A DNA stretch of 64,000 nt, from the IMG/VR virus record IMGVR_UViG_3300046665_000193, positions 14,981 through 78,980 of that record. The stretch is one strand, 5' to 3'. The position numbers were made by a program, and so were the translations under genes. Positions 54,119-63,813 of this stretch are shown piece by piece. The notes under the pieces were generated by a model that saw nothing but the letters and a program-made list of their open reading frames with translations, did no database searches and was not told the origin of the DNA. The first letter of the stretch is position 1, and each line of letters opens with the position of its first letter. This DNA is from a virus.

Positions 54119-56086
54119 TTGAAATTTGACTTCGACTGCGAGACGGACGGGCTCCTGCCCGAGATGACCGTCGTCCACTCTTTGGTGCTCGGAGACATCG
54201 ACAAGGGCACCCACCACTCATTCTGTGACCAACCCAACTACCCGAAGATCGACGAAGGTTTGCGGGAGCTGATGGACGCGGACTTCATGTGTGGCCACAA
54301 CGTCATCAACTTCGACATCCCCGCGCTGCAGAAAATCTATCCATGGTTCAAACCGCGCGGCGAAGTGCAAGACACGCTGGTCCTGTCGCGCCTCATCAAG
54401 GCGGACATCAAGGACGACGACTTCAGCTTCGCCAAGAAGATGGAACGACGCGGCACTCCGCACCTGTTCCCCAAGGCCATGATCGGCAGGCACTCGCTCG
54501 AAAGCTGGGGCTACCGCCTCGGTGAGTGGAAGGGTGACTATTCCGATGCCCGCAAGAAGCTCGCGAAAGAGCTGGGCATCAAGGGCAAGGCCGAGATCAT
54601 GCGCTTCGTCTGGGGCACATGGAACAAGGAGATGCAGGACTACTGTGTGCAGGACGTTGCTGTCACCAGCAAGCTCCGTGAGTTCTTCTGGGCCAAGCTG
54701 GCGCAGGGGTGGGGCGAGCACTGCGTGGAGCTGGAGCACGAGATCGCGTGGCTCATCTCCCGGCAGGAACGGTACGGCGTTGGGTTCGACGAGCCCGCTG
54801 CCGCGAAGTTCTACGCAACCCTGATCGGCCACCAACAGCAGCTCGACATGAAGCTGCAGCAGTCGTTCCCGCCGAAGACTGTAGAGACCATCTTCGTCCC
54901 GAAGGTGAACAACAAGAAGATGGGCTATGTGAAGGGCGTTCCCTTCGTGAAGCGCCAGATCGTGCCGTTCAATCCCGGATCGAACAAGATGAAGGCTGAG
55001 CGGCTGCAAGAGCTGGGGTGGAAGCCTCAGGCTTACGGCAAGGACGGCGTCCCGACCATCGACGACGAAGTCCTCTCGACCATGAAGTATCCTGAGGCAC
55101 AGCTCCTCAAGGAACGCTCTCTGATCGATAAGCGCCTCGGTGCTCTGGCGAACGGCCAGCAGGCGTGGCTCAAGAATGTCCGCAACGGTCGCATCCATCC
55201 AGAGGTGATCACCAACGGTGCGGTGACTGGGCGCATGACGCATCGCGTCGTCGTGAACGTGCCCGGAGCCATCGACAAGAAGACCGGCGAGAAGCAGCTC
55301 TATGGGCTGGAGTGCCGTGCGCTCTTCATCCCGAAGAAGGGCAACGTGCAAGTCGGCTGCGACGCTGACAGTCTCGAAGGCCGAGTCATGGGCCACTACA
55401 TGGGCTTCTATGACGGCGGCGCTTACGCTACCTCGCTGCTCTACGGCAACAAGGCCGAGGGTACGGACAACCACTCGCGCACTGCTGCGGCGCTGGCGAA
55501 GTGGAAGTGTCACCGCGAGACAGCGAAGACCTACTTCTATGCTCTGGTCTACGGCGCGTTCGACGCCAAGCTGGGTGAAATCCTCGGCGCGACTGGTAGT
55601 AAGAAGGCCAAGGAAGCTGTCGGCAAGGAGAGCCGCGAAGCTGTGATGAAGGGCATCCCCGGTCTCGACCGACTGGTGAATGCGCTCACCGCCAAGGCGA
55701 AAGCCAACGGCTACATCATGGGCCTCGACGGTCGCAAGCTGCGCGTCCGTTCGGCTCACGCCATCCTGAATACGTTGTTCCAGTCCGCTGGCGCTATCGT
55801 CATGAAGGAAGCTGCCATCATCCTCGACACCGAACTATGCGGCGTGAAGCCCAGCGTGATCGGCAAGATGGGTGTGGAAGCGGCCACCAAGCTTCGCCCT
55901 GGCACCGACTATGAGTTCATGTTGAACTATCACGATGAGTGGCAGCTCGACGTTCCACCTCGCAACGTAGAGATCGTATCGACGGCGGCAACAGATGCCA
56001 TCCGTCTGGCCGGTGACTACTACAAGTTCCGTTGCCCGCTCAAAGGCAACGCGGATATCGGCGATAGCTGGGCCGCAACGCACTGA
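54119..56086 (+). CDS. Family A DNA polymerase (gp5-like)
   Basis: Homolog of 9629..11596. Confidence 0.97.
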   Translation: MKFDFDCETDGLLPEMTVVHSLVLGDIDKGTHHSFCDQPNYPKIDEGLRELMDADFMCGHNVINFDIPALQKIYPWFKPRGEVQDTLVLSRLIKADIKDDDFSFAKKMERRGTPHLFPKAMIGRHSLESWGYRLGEWKGDYSDARKKLAKELGIKGKAEIMRFVWGTWNKEMQDYCVQDVAVTSKLREFFWAKLAQGWGEHCVELEHEIAWLISRQERYGVGFDEPAAAKFYATLIGHQQQLDMKLQQSFPPKTVETIFVPKVNNKKMGYVKGVPFVKRQIVPFNPGSNKMKAERLQELGWKPQAYGKDGVPTIDDEVLSTMKYPEAQLLKERSLIDKRLGALANGQQAWLKNVRNGRIHPEVITNGAVTGRMTHRVVVNVPGAIDKKTGEKQLYGLECRALFIPKKGNVQVGCDADSLEGRVMGHYMGFYDGGAYATSLLYGNKAEGTDNHSRTAAALAKWKCHRETAKTYFYALVYGAFDAKLGEILGATGSKKAKEAVGKESREAVMKGIPGLDRLVNALTAKAKANGYIMGLDGRKLRVRSAHAILNTLFQSAGAIVMKEAAIILDTELCGVKPSVIGKMGVEAATKLRPGTDYEFMLNYHDEWQLDVPPRNVEIVSTAATDAIRLAGDYYKFRCPLKGNADIGDSWAATH

Positions 56087-56459
56087 CCCGGAAGGGTACG
56101 TGTACATCATCACCAACCCGGCATGGCCATCACACTGCAAGATCGGCAAGGCACTCGTCATGAAAGACCGCGTGAAGGTCTATCAGACGGGCTCGCCTTT
56201 CCGTGACTACAGGGTAGTCGCCCATGCGTTCTTCGCAGATCGCAAGGCGGCTGAGGCTGAACTGCACGAGCAACTAAGGGGCCACCGCGTCGGCAAGACA
56301 GAGTGGTTCTTCATTCATCCCGACGACGCCAGCGCAATGCTGCGTCGCATCTCCCGCAGAAAGAGAAAGCATGTCAGAGCAAGATCGAAGCACATGGTCA
56401 AACGAACTCCGCAGCAAGTACGGCATCGCGCAACCCGAGGCTCCCGTGACAAACGCTGA
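55995..56459 (+). CDS. GIY-YIG / T5orf172-domain protein (start uncertain)
   Basis: GYVYIITNP..KIG..EWF. Confidence 0.8.
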   Translation: MPSVWPVTTTSSVARSKATRISAIAGPQRTDPEGYVYIITNPAWPSHCKIGKALVMKDRVKVYQTGSPFRDYRVVAHAFFADRKAAEAELHEQLRGHRVGKTEWFFIHPDDASAMLRRISRRKRKHVRARSKHMVKRTPQQVRHRATRGSRDKR

Positions 56460-56500
56460 TCTGTTCAACGACATGATCAACGAAGAGTTCTGGCAAGGCG

Positions 56501-57301
56501 TTGGCGAAGTCTAAGCTCACCGTCCTGATCGACGGAGACATCATCGCCTATAAGGCCGCATGTGTGCACCAGCAGGAGTTCGATCTGGGTGACGACGTGG
56601 TCACCTACAAGACCAACCTGCCGGGCGCACTCAAGACCGCCGAAGAGATCATCGACGGCATCGCCAACAAACTGAACGCTGACGCGATCATCGTAGGGCT
56701 CACCGGCCCGCTGATGGAGATCAGTAACCGCAACTTCCGCAAGGAGCTGCTGGCGACCTACAAGGGCAACCGCTCGGGACCGAAGCCGATCCTGCTGGCC
56801 AGTGTCAAAGAACACATCCGCTCAGCATACGACACCAAGATCAAGGATGGCATGGAAGCTGACGATACGCTGGGCATCCTGCTCACGCATCCGACGCTGA
56901 TCCCCGGCAAGAAGGTTCTCGTCTCCACGGACAAGGACCTCCTGCAGATACCGGGGCGTCACTACAATCCCGACAAGGAAGCCAAGCGGGTCATCACCGA
57001 AGTAGCAGGCGACATGTTCTTCATGCGCCAGACGCTGACCGGCGACCCCACCGACAACTACTCAGGTTGTCCGAAGATCGGCCCGAAGCGAGCTGACGCG
57101 ATCATGCAGGACGCGCTCGATGCCAACGCGCATCTGGCGGGCAACATCACTGCCTGCATCTGGCCCGCCATCGTGGCGACCTACGAGAAGAAGGGGCTCA
57201 CCGAGGATGACGCACTCATCCAAGCGCGCTGCGCTCGCATCCTCCGTCACACCGACTACGACTTCAAACGTAAGGAACCAATCCTCTGGTCACCAAAGTA
57301 A
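56501..57301 (+). CDS. 5'-3' exonuclease (gp6-like)
   Basis: Homolog of 12190..12939 with a C-terminal insertion. Confidence 0.95.
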   Translation: MAKSKLTVLIDGDIIAYKAACVHQQEFDLGDDVVTYKTNLPGALKTAEEIIDGIANKLNADAIIVGLTGPLMEISNRNFRKELLATYKGNRSGPKPILLASVKEHIRSAYDTKIKDGMEADDTLGILLTHPTLIPGKKVLVSTDKDLLQIPGRHYNPDKEAKRVITEVAGDMFFMRQTLTGDPTDNYSGCPKIGPKRADAIMQDALDANAHLAGNITACIWPAIVATYEKKGLTEDDALIQARCARILRHTDYDFKRKEPILWSPK

Positions 57302-57813
57302 TCAACCTCTTCGCTGGCCCCGGTGCGGGCAAGTCCACCACTGCCGCTGGCCTGTTCTTCCTGATGAAGTGTCAGGGCTACAAGGTCGAGCTGGTCACCG
57401 AGTTCGCCAAGGAGCTGGTCTACGAGCGCCAGTACGAGACCCTGAACAATCAGTTCGCGGTCAGCCGCACACAGGCGCATCGCCAGCACCGCCTCAACGG
57501 CAAGGTCGATGTGATGATCACAGACAGCCCGCTGCTGCTGGGCCTGCACTACGCCGGGCCGAGCTGCACGACTGAGCTGCGCGACTTCATCTGGAACGAG
57601 TGGCGGCGCTACGACAACGAGAACTACTTCATCGGTCGAGTGAAGCCATACCAGCCCTACGGTCGCCGCCAGTCGGAAGACAGCGCCCGGCACGTAGACA
57701 CCCAGCTCCTCGACATGTGCGGTCGCCATCGCGTCCCGCTCAATCACTTCGACGGCAACGATAGCGCCCCGGCGTTCATCCTGTCCCACCTCAAAATGAA
57801 AGGCGTGCTTTGA
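57286..57813 (+). CDS. P-loop NTPase / NadR-like nucleotide kinase, probable CTG start
   Basis: In-frame INLFAGPGAGKST upstream of track ATG 57364; E.AKE, ITDSPLLL; AAGGA 9 nt before CTG. Confidence 0.8.
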   Translation: MVTKVINLFAGPGAGKSTTAAGLFFLMKCQGYKVELVTEFAKELVYERQYETLNNQFAVSRTQAHRQHRLNGKVDVMITDSPLLLGLHYAGPSCTTELRDFIWNEWRRYDNENYFIGRVKPYQPYGRRQSEDSARHVDTQLLDMCGRHRVPLNHFDGNDSAPAFILSHLKMKGVL

Positions 57814-58388
57814 CCGCACCACTGATCGGCCTCTATTCACCCCGCGCTCAGTCGGGGAAGTCCACCGCCGCCCGCCGCATGGCCAAGATGACCAACGGCG
57901 TTACCATGTCCTTCGCGGACCCGATGCGTGAAGCCATCGTTCCCATCGCTGCACCGTTCGTGCCGGGCGGGGAAGCTGAGGTTCGCCAGTGGTTCCTCGA
58001 CGAGCGCAAGGACAAGGCCACGATCCCGCAGCTCGGCGTGACCCTGCGGTTCCTGCTGCAGACCATCGGCACGGCGTGGGGCAGGGAGACGATCCATCCT
58101 GACGTATGGGAGATGATCGCCAAGGAGACCTCCCGCAAACACCGGAAGCACAAGGTCACTGTCATCGACGACGTTCGGTTCGAGAACGAATACGCCATGA
58201 TCAAGCGTGAGGGTGGCCTGCTGATCAAGATCGTGCGCCCCGACGCGCCGGTCTCGGGCAACTTCTGGCACAAGTCAGAGGCCCGGCTGGAGGGTCTGGT
58301 GTTCGACGAGACCATCGTCAACGATCAAACCGAAGGGCACCTCAAGTCCCAGATCGACGACCTCCTGTTCGACCTCTACGGAGTGTGA
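57810..58388 (+). CDS. dNMP kinase
   Basis: Homolog of 12936..13514. Confidence 0.9.
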   Translation: MTAPLIGLYSPRAQSGKSTAARRMAKMTNGVTMSFADPMREAIVPIAAPFVPGGEAEVRQWFLDERKDKATIPQLGVTLRFLLQTIGTAWGRETIHPDVWEMIAKETSRKHRKHKVTVIDDVRFENEYAMIKREGGLLIKIVRPDAPVSGNFWHKSEARLEGLVFDETIVNDQTEGHLKSQIDDLLFDLYGV

Positions 58389-58395
58389 CCAGATC

Positions 58396-58713
58396 ATGGC
58401 AAGGCTGAACCGCAACCCGGTAGCAGAGGAGGTGGGTGACAATAGGTTGCCCGCCTACTCAAATACATCGCCTTCCGTTGCACCTGAGGTGTCAGCGGAG
58501 ATCATCAACTATCTGAACGCCACGTTCCCCGACGCGCTCCCTCCCGTGGGCTCTGCCTATACCGAGGTCGAGCGAGCATGGGGACGGCGCGAGGTGATCG
58601 ACCATCTGATCCGGCTTCAGACCCAAAACGAAGAAGAGAACAATGTGCTTCGGCGGCGGATCGACTCCACCCCCAGCGCAGGCCCCGGCACCACCGCCGC
58701 CGCCTCCGGCTGA
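58396..58713 (+). CDS. Hypothetical protein (gp6.5 position)
   Basis: Homolog of 13522..13836. Confidence 0.6.
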   Translation: MARLNRNPVAEEVGDNRLPAYSNTSPSVAPEVSAEIINYLNATFPDALPPVGSAYTEVERAWGRREVIDHLIRLQTQNEEENNVLRRRIDSTPSAGPGTTAAASG

Positions 58714-58879
58714 CACTCCCAGCGCCCCGGTCTACAACGAGAGCAACACGGATGCGAAGAACGCTAGTTCATCCATCGAGAACTCCCGTCGTGGCCGCAG
58801 CTCGCTGCTCATCAAACGCAATACCTCAGGCACATCGACCGCTCTCGGCAGCGACAGCGGCCTGAACATCCCGACCTAG
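58643..58879 (+). CDS. Small virion protein MCFGGG...GLNIPT
   Basis: Homolog of 13766..14002. Confidence 0.75.
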   Translation: MCFGGGSTPPPAQAPAPPPPPPADTPSAPVYNESNTDAKNASSSIENSRRGRSSLLIKRNTSGTSTALGSDSGLNIPT

Positions 58880-58881
58880 CC

Positions 58882-59220
58882 GTGTGCATGCTCACGGTTG
58901 GGCGCGGTAGTTTCGCCCAAAGCCAGACTGCAATCGGTCAGGTGATCAATAGGGTGCAGGAGACGCAGTACGCCGCACGCGATGCAGCCAATGCTGCGCC
59001 ACCGTCGAGCACCGGGCCATCTGCCACTGCCCCTTCACAGCCCGCTGCGGCTGCACCTCAGACCGCTGCTCAGCTCGCTATGGCGAACGGTGGCGGCGTT
59101 GCTCCCGGCATGCAGACAGGTGGTGCGCCAAGTTCACTCAATATCCCGCGCAAGCGCTCCCGAGGTTCCGGCACTGCGACCGTAGCTGGTGGCGGCGTTG
59201 GCCTCGGTATTCCAACCTAA
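58882..59220 (+). CDS. Small virion protein paralog
   Basis: Homolog of 14005..14331. Confidence 0.65.
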   Translation: MCMLTVGRGSFAQSQTAIGQVINRVQETQYAARDAANAAPPSSTGPSATAPSQPAAAAPQTAAQLAMANGGGVAPGMQTGGAPSSLNIPRKRSRGSGTATVAGGGVGLGIPT

Positions 59221-59231
59221 GGACCCACATC

Positions 59232-59474
59232 ATGTGCATGGGTGGGGGCGGATCATCCGCTCCAACAACTACGCCGATGCCAACACAGGACGCAGGCAAC
59301 TCCAACAATGGAGCTGCCGCTGTTGCTGCTGCACCGGCCCCTACGAACACGACGACCGACCCAACCAAGCCGACCGAGGCCCCTGACCGTGGCGTATCCT
59401 CGCTGCGCATCAAGCGTGGCCGTGGCTCCACAAGCGTCCCTGCTTCTGGCACCGGGTTGAACATTCCGACGTGA
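59232..59474 (+). CDS. Small virion protein paralog
   Basis: Homolog of 14344..14589. Confidence 0.75.
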   Translation: MCMGGGGSSAPTTTPMPTQDAGNSNNGAAAVAAAPAPTNTTTDPTKPTEAPDRGVSSLRIKRGRGSTSVPASGTGLNIPT

Positions 59475-61066
59475 CGGACGAACCCGATAAGGGAACGGCC
59501 CAGTCTCGCTACTCACAGCTTGAGCCTCATCGGCTCCCGTTCCTTACTCGGGCTCGTGACTGCGCTACGCTGACCGTCCCATACCTGATGCCCCCCGAGG
59601 GCATGACCAGCACCACTACGCTGCCCACGCCGTATCAGAGCCTTGGCGCTCGCGGCATCAGGACCCTCTCAGCGAAACTACTGCTGAGCCTATTCCCACC
59701 GAACACGACCTTCTTCAAGTATTCGCTCGACGACTTCTTCCTCCAGAAGCTCACCGGCAAAGACGACATGCGCGGCGAAGTCGAGAAGGCTTTGTCGTCT
59801 CGTGAACGCGCCACTCTCGATGAGATGGAAGGTGCACAGATGCGCCTCGGCGCGTCGATGGCGTTGCAGCATCTGCTCGTCGCTGGCAACTTCCTCGTCC
59901 ACATTCCTGAGAATGGTCGCACTCGTGGCTTCCGTCTCGACCAGTTCGTGGTCAAGCGCGACGCCTCGGGCAATTGCCTTGAGATCGTCGTCAAGGAACT
60001 CGTCAGTCCGACTGTGCTGCCCGAAGTGGTGGCTGCTGCTGTCAAAGAGCAGTCCGTCAAGAAGTACGGCAAGGGCTCCGAGGACAAGTCCGCAGAACTG
60101 TACACCCACATCCTCCGCACACCGGATGGCTGGGAAGTGTATCAGGAGAGCGGCGGTATCAAGATCGAAGGCACCGATGGATCGTATCCTCTGGACCGAT
60201 GCCCATGGCTCCCACTGCGTCTCGCTACGCAGCCCGGCGAGGACTATGGCCGTTCCTACTGCGAGGAGTTTCTCGGTGATCTGGACAGCCTTGAAGGTTT
60301 GTCTGAGACGCTAGTCGAAGGTTCGGCTGCAGCGGCTCGCATCGTGTTTCTCGTCAAGCCAAACGGCGTCACTCAGGTGAAGGTCGTGGCCAAGGCGAAG
60401 AACGGTGACGTAGCTGTTGGCAACGCCGAAGACGTGACTGTGATCCAAGCGCAGAAGCAGGCCGACCTCGGTGTCGCGCAGAAGCAAGCGCAGGAGATTG
60501 CCCAGCGTCTGTCCTACGCATTCATGCTCAACACTGCCATCCAGCGCAGCGCAGAGCGTGTCACTGCGGAAGAGATCAAGTACATGGCGCAGGAACTCGA
60601 TGATGCCCTTGGTGGCATGTACGCGCTCCTCTCGGCTGAGTTTCAGCTCCCTGTCGTCAATCTCTTTGAGCGACGCATGGAGAAGAACCGTCAGGTCCCT
60701 CCGATGCCCAACGGCGTCGTCAAGCCGACCATCACGACGGGCATGGCCGCTATTGGCCGTGGCATTGATCTGCGCAACCTCCGCGCATTCACCGCCGACA
60801 TCGTTCAGACCCTTGGTCCTGAGATCGCATTCCGCTATCTCCAGCCGACCGAATACATCAAGCGTGCTGCCGCTGCCTATGGCATCGACACTGGCGGTCT
60901 CGTCAAACCCGACGATCAGATCGCGCAGGAAGAACAGCTCGCGAAACTTGAAGCTCTCGCACAGAACCTTGGACCTCAAGCCATCCAGCAGATGGGTGGA
61001 ATGGGCAAGGAAGTAGTGAAGGGCGCAATTCAACAGAATGGACAAAATGACCAGCAAGCCCAATAA
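59471..61066 (+). CDS. Portal protein (gp8-like)
   Basis: Homolog of 14586..16181. Confidence 0.96.
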   Translation: MTDEPDKGTAQSRYSQLEPHRLPFLTRARDCATLTVPYLMPPEGMTSTTTLPTPYQSLGARGIRTLSAKLLLSLFPPNTTFFKYSLDDFFLQKLTGKDDMRGEVEKALSSRERATLDEMEGAQMRLGASMALQHLLVAGNFLVHIPENGRTRGFRLDQFVVKRDASGNCLEIVVKELVSPTVLPEVVAAAVKEQSVKKYGKGSEDKSAELYTHILRTPDGWEVYQESGGIKIEGTDGSYPLDRCPWLPLRLATQPGEDYGRSYCEEFLGDLDSLEGLSETLVEGSAAAARIVFLVKPNGVTQVKVVAKAKNGDVAVGNAEDVTVIQAQKQADLGVAQKQAQEIAQRLSYAFMLNTAIQRSAERVTAEEIKYMAQELDDALGGMYALLSAEFQLPVVNLFERRMEKNRQVPPMPNGVVKPTITTGMAAIGRGIDLRNLRAFTADIVQTLGPEIAFRYLQPTEYIKRAAAAYGIDTGGLVKPDDQIAQEEQLAKLEALAQNLGPQAIQQMGGMGKEVVKGAIQQNGQNDQQAQ

Positions 61067-61195
61067 GGCCACGGTTGAAGACGCCGTCTCGGTGAAGATC
61101 GAGGACGGCACTGAAACCGCCGCCACTCCAGCTACCATCGCAGAACCGAAGACGGTCACGACCGACACCTTCGGCAACAAGATCGAAGAGGCTTA

Positions 61196-62035
61196 ATGAG
61201 CACCGCCTCGGTTACATTCCAGCAGGCTCCGACCGGCGCTGAGGCACCGGCCACGGACCCGACGAAGGACATCAATGCGCAAGCAACGAACCCCGCCGCG
61301 ACTGGTGACGGGACTGATCCCGCTCGACCGGAATGGCTCCCAGCCAACTTCACGAGCGTCGAAGACTACGTCAAGTCCAACAACGAAGCCCGTGGCGAAC
61401 TCACCCGTGCGCAGCAGGAACTCGCAAAGCTCCGCAAGAGTGACAGCGAACAGCCCGGCGCGGGGGCAGAACAGCCTTCGCAGACCTCGGTCGAAAGAGC
61501 GGCCAACGAAGCCGTAACGTCGGCTGGCCTCGACGTATCGAGCTGGCAGGCTGAGTTCAACGAGACCCGTGATGTGTCCGAAGAGGGCCGTGCGGCAATC
61601 GCCAAGGGCCTTGAAGCTCAGTTCGGCAAGGACGCTCGCGCCCTCGTTGACGACTTCATCGAAGGCCAGAAGATGCGCGTCACCAACGTGGAGAACCAAG
61701 TTCACACGCAGGCTGGCGGCGCTGAGGCATACTCGGCCATGATGAAGTGGGCGGCGACGAACCTCACACCTGCTGAGATCGGCGCTTACAACAACGCCAT
61801 GGGCACAGGCGACTTCAACTCGATGTCGCTCGCGGTCGATGGCTTGAAGTCTCGCTTCACCAAAGCCAACGGCAAGGCACCGACGCTTCTCTCCGGGGAT
61901 AGCGCCATTGCCGCCAACGGTGCAGGCTTCGCATCCACGTTTGAAATGACGCAGGCGATGAAGGACCCTCGGTATCGCACCGACCCGGTCTATCGCAAGG
62001 GCGTCGAAGAGCGGGCGAAGAAGTCCAACTGGTAA
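61196..62035 (+). CDS. Scaffolding protein (gp9-like)
   Basis: Homolog of 16308..17147. Confidence 0.9.
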   Translation: MSTASVTFQQAPTGAEAPATDPTKDINAQATNPAATGDGTDPARPEWLPANFTSVEDYVKSNNEARGELTRAQQELAKLRKSDSEQPGAGAEQPSQTSVERAANEAVTSAGLDVSSWQAEFNETRDVSEEGRAAIAKGLEAQFGKDARALVDDFIEGQKMRVTNVENQVHTQAGGAEAYSAMMKWAATNLTPAEIGAYNNAMGTGDFNSMSLAVDGLKSRFTKANGKAPTLLSGDSAIAANGAGFASTFEMTQAMKDPRYRTDPVYRKGVEERAKKSNW

Positions 62036-62838
62036 TGCTCCTCCAGGGCGATGAGTGTCATCTCTCGCCCAAGGCACTCGACACTTCCTTCTACGCTGTC
62101 AATCCGCACACCTTCGGGAACTATCGCGCTGGCTACATGACCTTGTGGTCGCGCATGACGGTGACCAAGGTGAGCGAGGCGTCGAAGCAAGTCCGCCTCG
62201 TGGTCGCTCATCAGGATGTCTACAAGGACATTGAAGCGGCCACGGGGGTGCCGTGGGCAGCAATCGCAATGCTGCATCTCCGTGAAGCCGGTCCGCAAGA
62301 CGTGGGCCGCTGGGAGTGCACACTGCACAACGGCGAACGCATCATCGGCAAGGGCACCAAGACCAAGCTCGTTCCGAAGGGCGTCGGCCCGTTCAAGACA
62401 TTCAAGGAAGCCGCCATCCATGCCATCCGGCAGGAAGGGCTCGATAAGATCGATTGGGCTAAGGACGGCATCGCGTATCTCGCGTTCGCCTCCGAGACCT
62501 TCAATGGCTTCGGCTATCGCAACAAGGGCATCCCGTCTCCCTACCTCTGGGGCGGCTCGTCCGTTCAGATGAAGGGCAAGTACGTCAAGGACGGCGTGTT
62601 CGACCGCAACACCATGGACCCGCAGATCGGCACGATGCCGCTGCTCAAGGTCCTCATGGACACTACCGGATACACCTTTGGCAAAACTCCTGCTGCTCCT
62701 CTGGCTGCACCTAAGCCAACCACAGATGCGACGCCCAGTCCCTCTGTCGCCTCCCGCGTTGATCCGCAGCGTGGGATAGCGTCGATACTCGGCGTCTTCT
62801 ATTCCGTCATCCAGACGGTCCTCAAACGAAAGAGCTAA
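62035..62838 (+). CDS. Lysozyme-family endolysin
   Basis: Homolog of 17147..17944. Confidence 0.8.
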   Translation: MLLQGDECHLSPKALDTSFYAVNPHTFGNYRAGYMTLWSRMTVTKVSEASKQVRLVVAHQDVYKDIEAATGVPWAAIAMLHLREAGPQDVGRWECTLHNGERIIGKGTKTKLVPKGVGPFKTFKEAAIHAIRQEGLDKIDWAKDGIAYLAFASETFNGFGYRNKGIPSPYLWGGSSVQMKGKYVKDGVFDRNTMDPQIGTMPLLKVLMDTTGYTFGKTPAAPLAAPKPTTDATPSPSVASRVDPQRGIASILGVFYSVIQTVLKRKS

Positions 62839-62841
62839 CCC

Positions 62842-63090
62842 ATGTTCCGACGCATAATGCGCCGGGCAGGGCGGCTTCCCCTGTTCCGCCTTGGCGCGGC
62901 ACTGGTGATCCTGAGCCAGATCATTGAGGCCCTCGACGCATTGGCCGGTCTCGACCTCGCGTCCATCCTCCCAGCGCACTACAGTGTTGCTGCTATCATC
63001 ACGGCCATCGGCCTGCTCAAGATCGTCCTCAGGGGCGTGTTCGTTGTCGCTTCAATGTTCCAACCCAACCCGCGTGAGGGTCCGCAGTAA
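62842..63090 (+). CDS. Holin-like protein
   Basis: Homolog of 17947..18192. Confidence 0.55.
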   Translation: MFRRIMRRAGRLPLFRLGAALVILSQIIEALDALAGLDLASILPAHYSVAAIITAIGLLKIVLRGVFVVASMFQPNPREGPQ

Positions 63091-63491
63091 TGTGGCTCCT
63101 CAACGTGGCACTCTCTCTGTTCTCCAGTCCCATACTCGGCAAAGTCGCCGACTACCTCACGAAGCGCTCCAACGACCAAGCCGTCATGCACGGCCAAGAC
63201 ATGTCTGCCGCCACAACCATCGTGGTCGCGCAGATACAATCCGAGATCGCAGCCCGACAAGCCCAGCTCGCGTTCACTAGTCGTCACGACAAACTCGTGG
63301 CGTGGATTGTTGCACCGTTCATCCTCCATGTGTGGATGTTGGTGCTCGACCGATGCTTCCATCTCAACTGGAACATCGACATGCTGCCCGACCCACTCAA
63401 CGAATGGGAAGGTCGCATTCTTCTATCGTTCTTCATCCTGTCACCCGCAGCCAACCTCGCGAAGGCGGCTCTCGGGTTAGTGAAGAAGTAA
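63090..63491 (+). CDS. Holin-like membrane protein
   Basis: Homolog of 18192..18593. Confidence 0.55.
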   Translation: MWLLNVALSLFSSPILGKVADYLTKRSNDQAVMHGQDMSAATTIVVAQIQSEIAARQAQLAFTSRHDKLVAWIVAPFILHVWMLVLDRCFHLNWNIDMLPDPLNEWEGRILLSFFILSPAANLAKAALGLVKK

Positions 63492-63541
63492 CATGGCCGG
63501 TGCCTCTGCAGCCTCATCAACTGTACGCGCCGGTCCTCTTC

Positions 63542-63628
63542 CCCGGCCTAGCTTAATTGGCGAAAGCGTGCCCCCTCGACAGGATATGTAGTGGGGAGAT
63601 CGAGGTTCAAATCCTCGGGCGGGGATCA
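63542..63628 (+). ncRNA. tRNA-like RNA with elongated, non-canonical anticodon arm
   Basis: Acceptor CCCGGCC/GGCGGGG, D-arm GCTT-AATTGGCGA-AAGC, T-arm CGAGG-TTCAAAT-CCTCG, 28-nt middle arm, ends ATCA. Confidence 0.7.
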
Positions 63629-63813
63629 ATCCCAATCCATAGCGGAAAGCAACGTGCCCCTTCTAAGGGGGCGTTCAGGTCCAAGACCACCGACTAGACG
63701 AAGCCTCTTGGCTCACTCTCGATACATCTGCGGATGTGCTGAGCGTGAATAACCTTTTGCGTCTTCCGATGGCGGGTTCGAGGCCATTCCTCAATCCACT
63801 ATGGAGACTACCA

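Noticed and set aside
1643-55759. Long minus-strand ORFs (e.g. 1643..3127, 10364..11671, 28572..30128, 52309..53751, 54218..55759)
   Set aside because: Antisense shadows of GC-rich coding genes, with no motifs and inconsistent boundaries between B and D.
63542-63628. Bacterial Y RNA (YrlA) identity for the tRNA-like element
   Set aside because: Arm order is that of a normal tRNA, not the permuted YrlA arrangement, and no Ro60 gene is visible.
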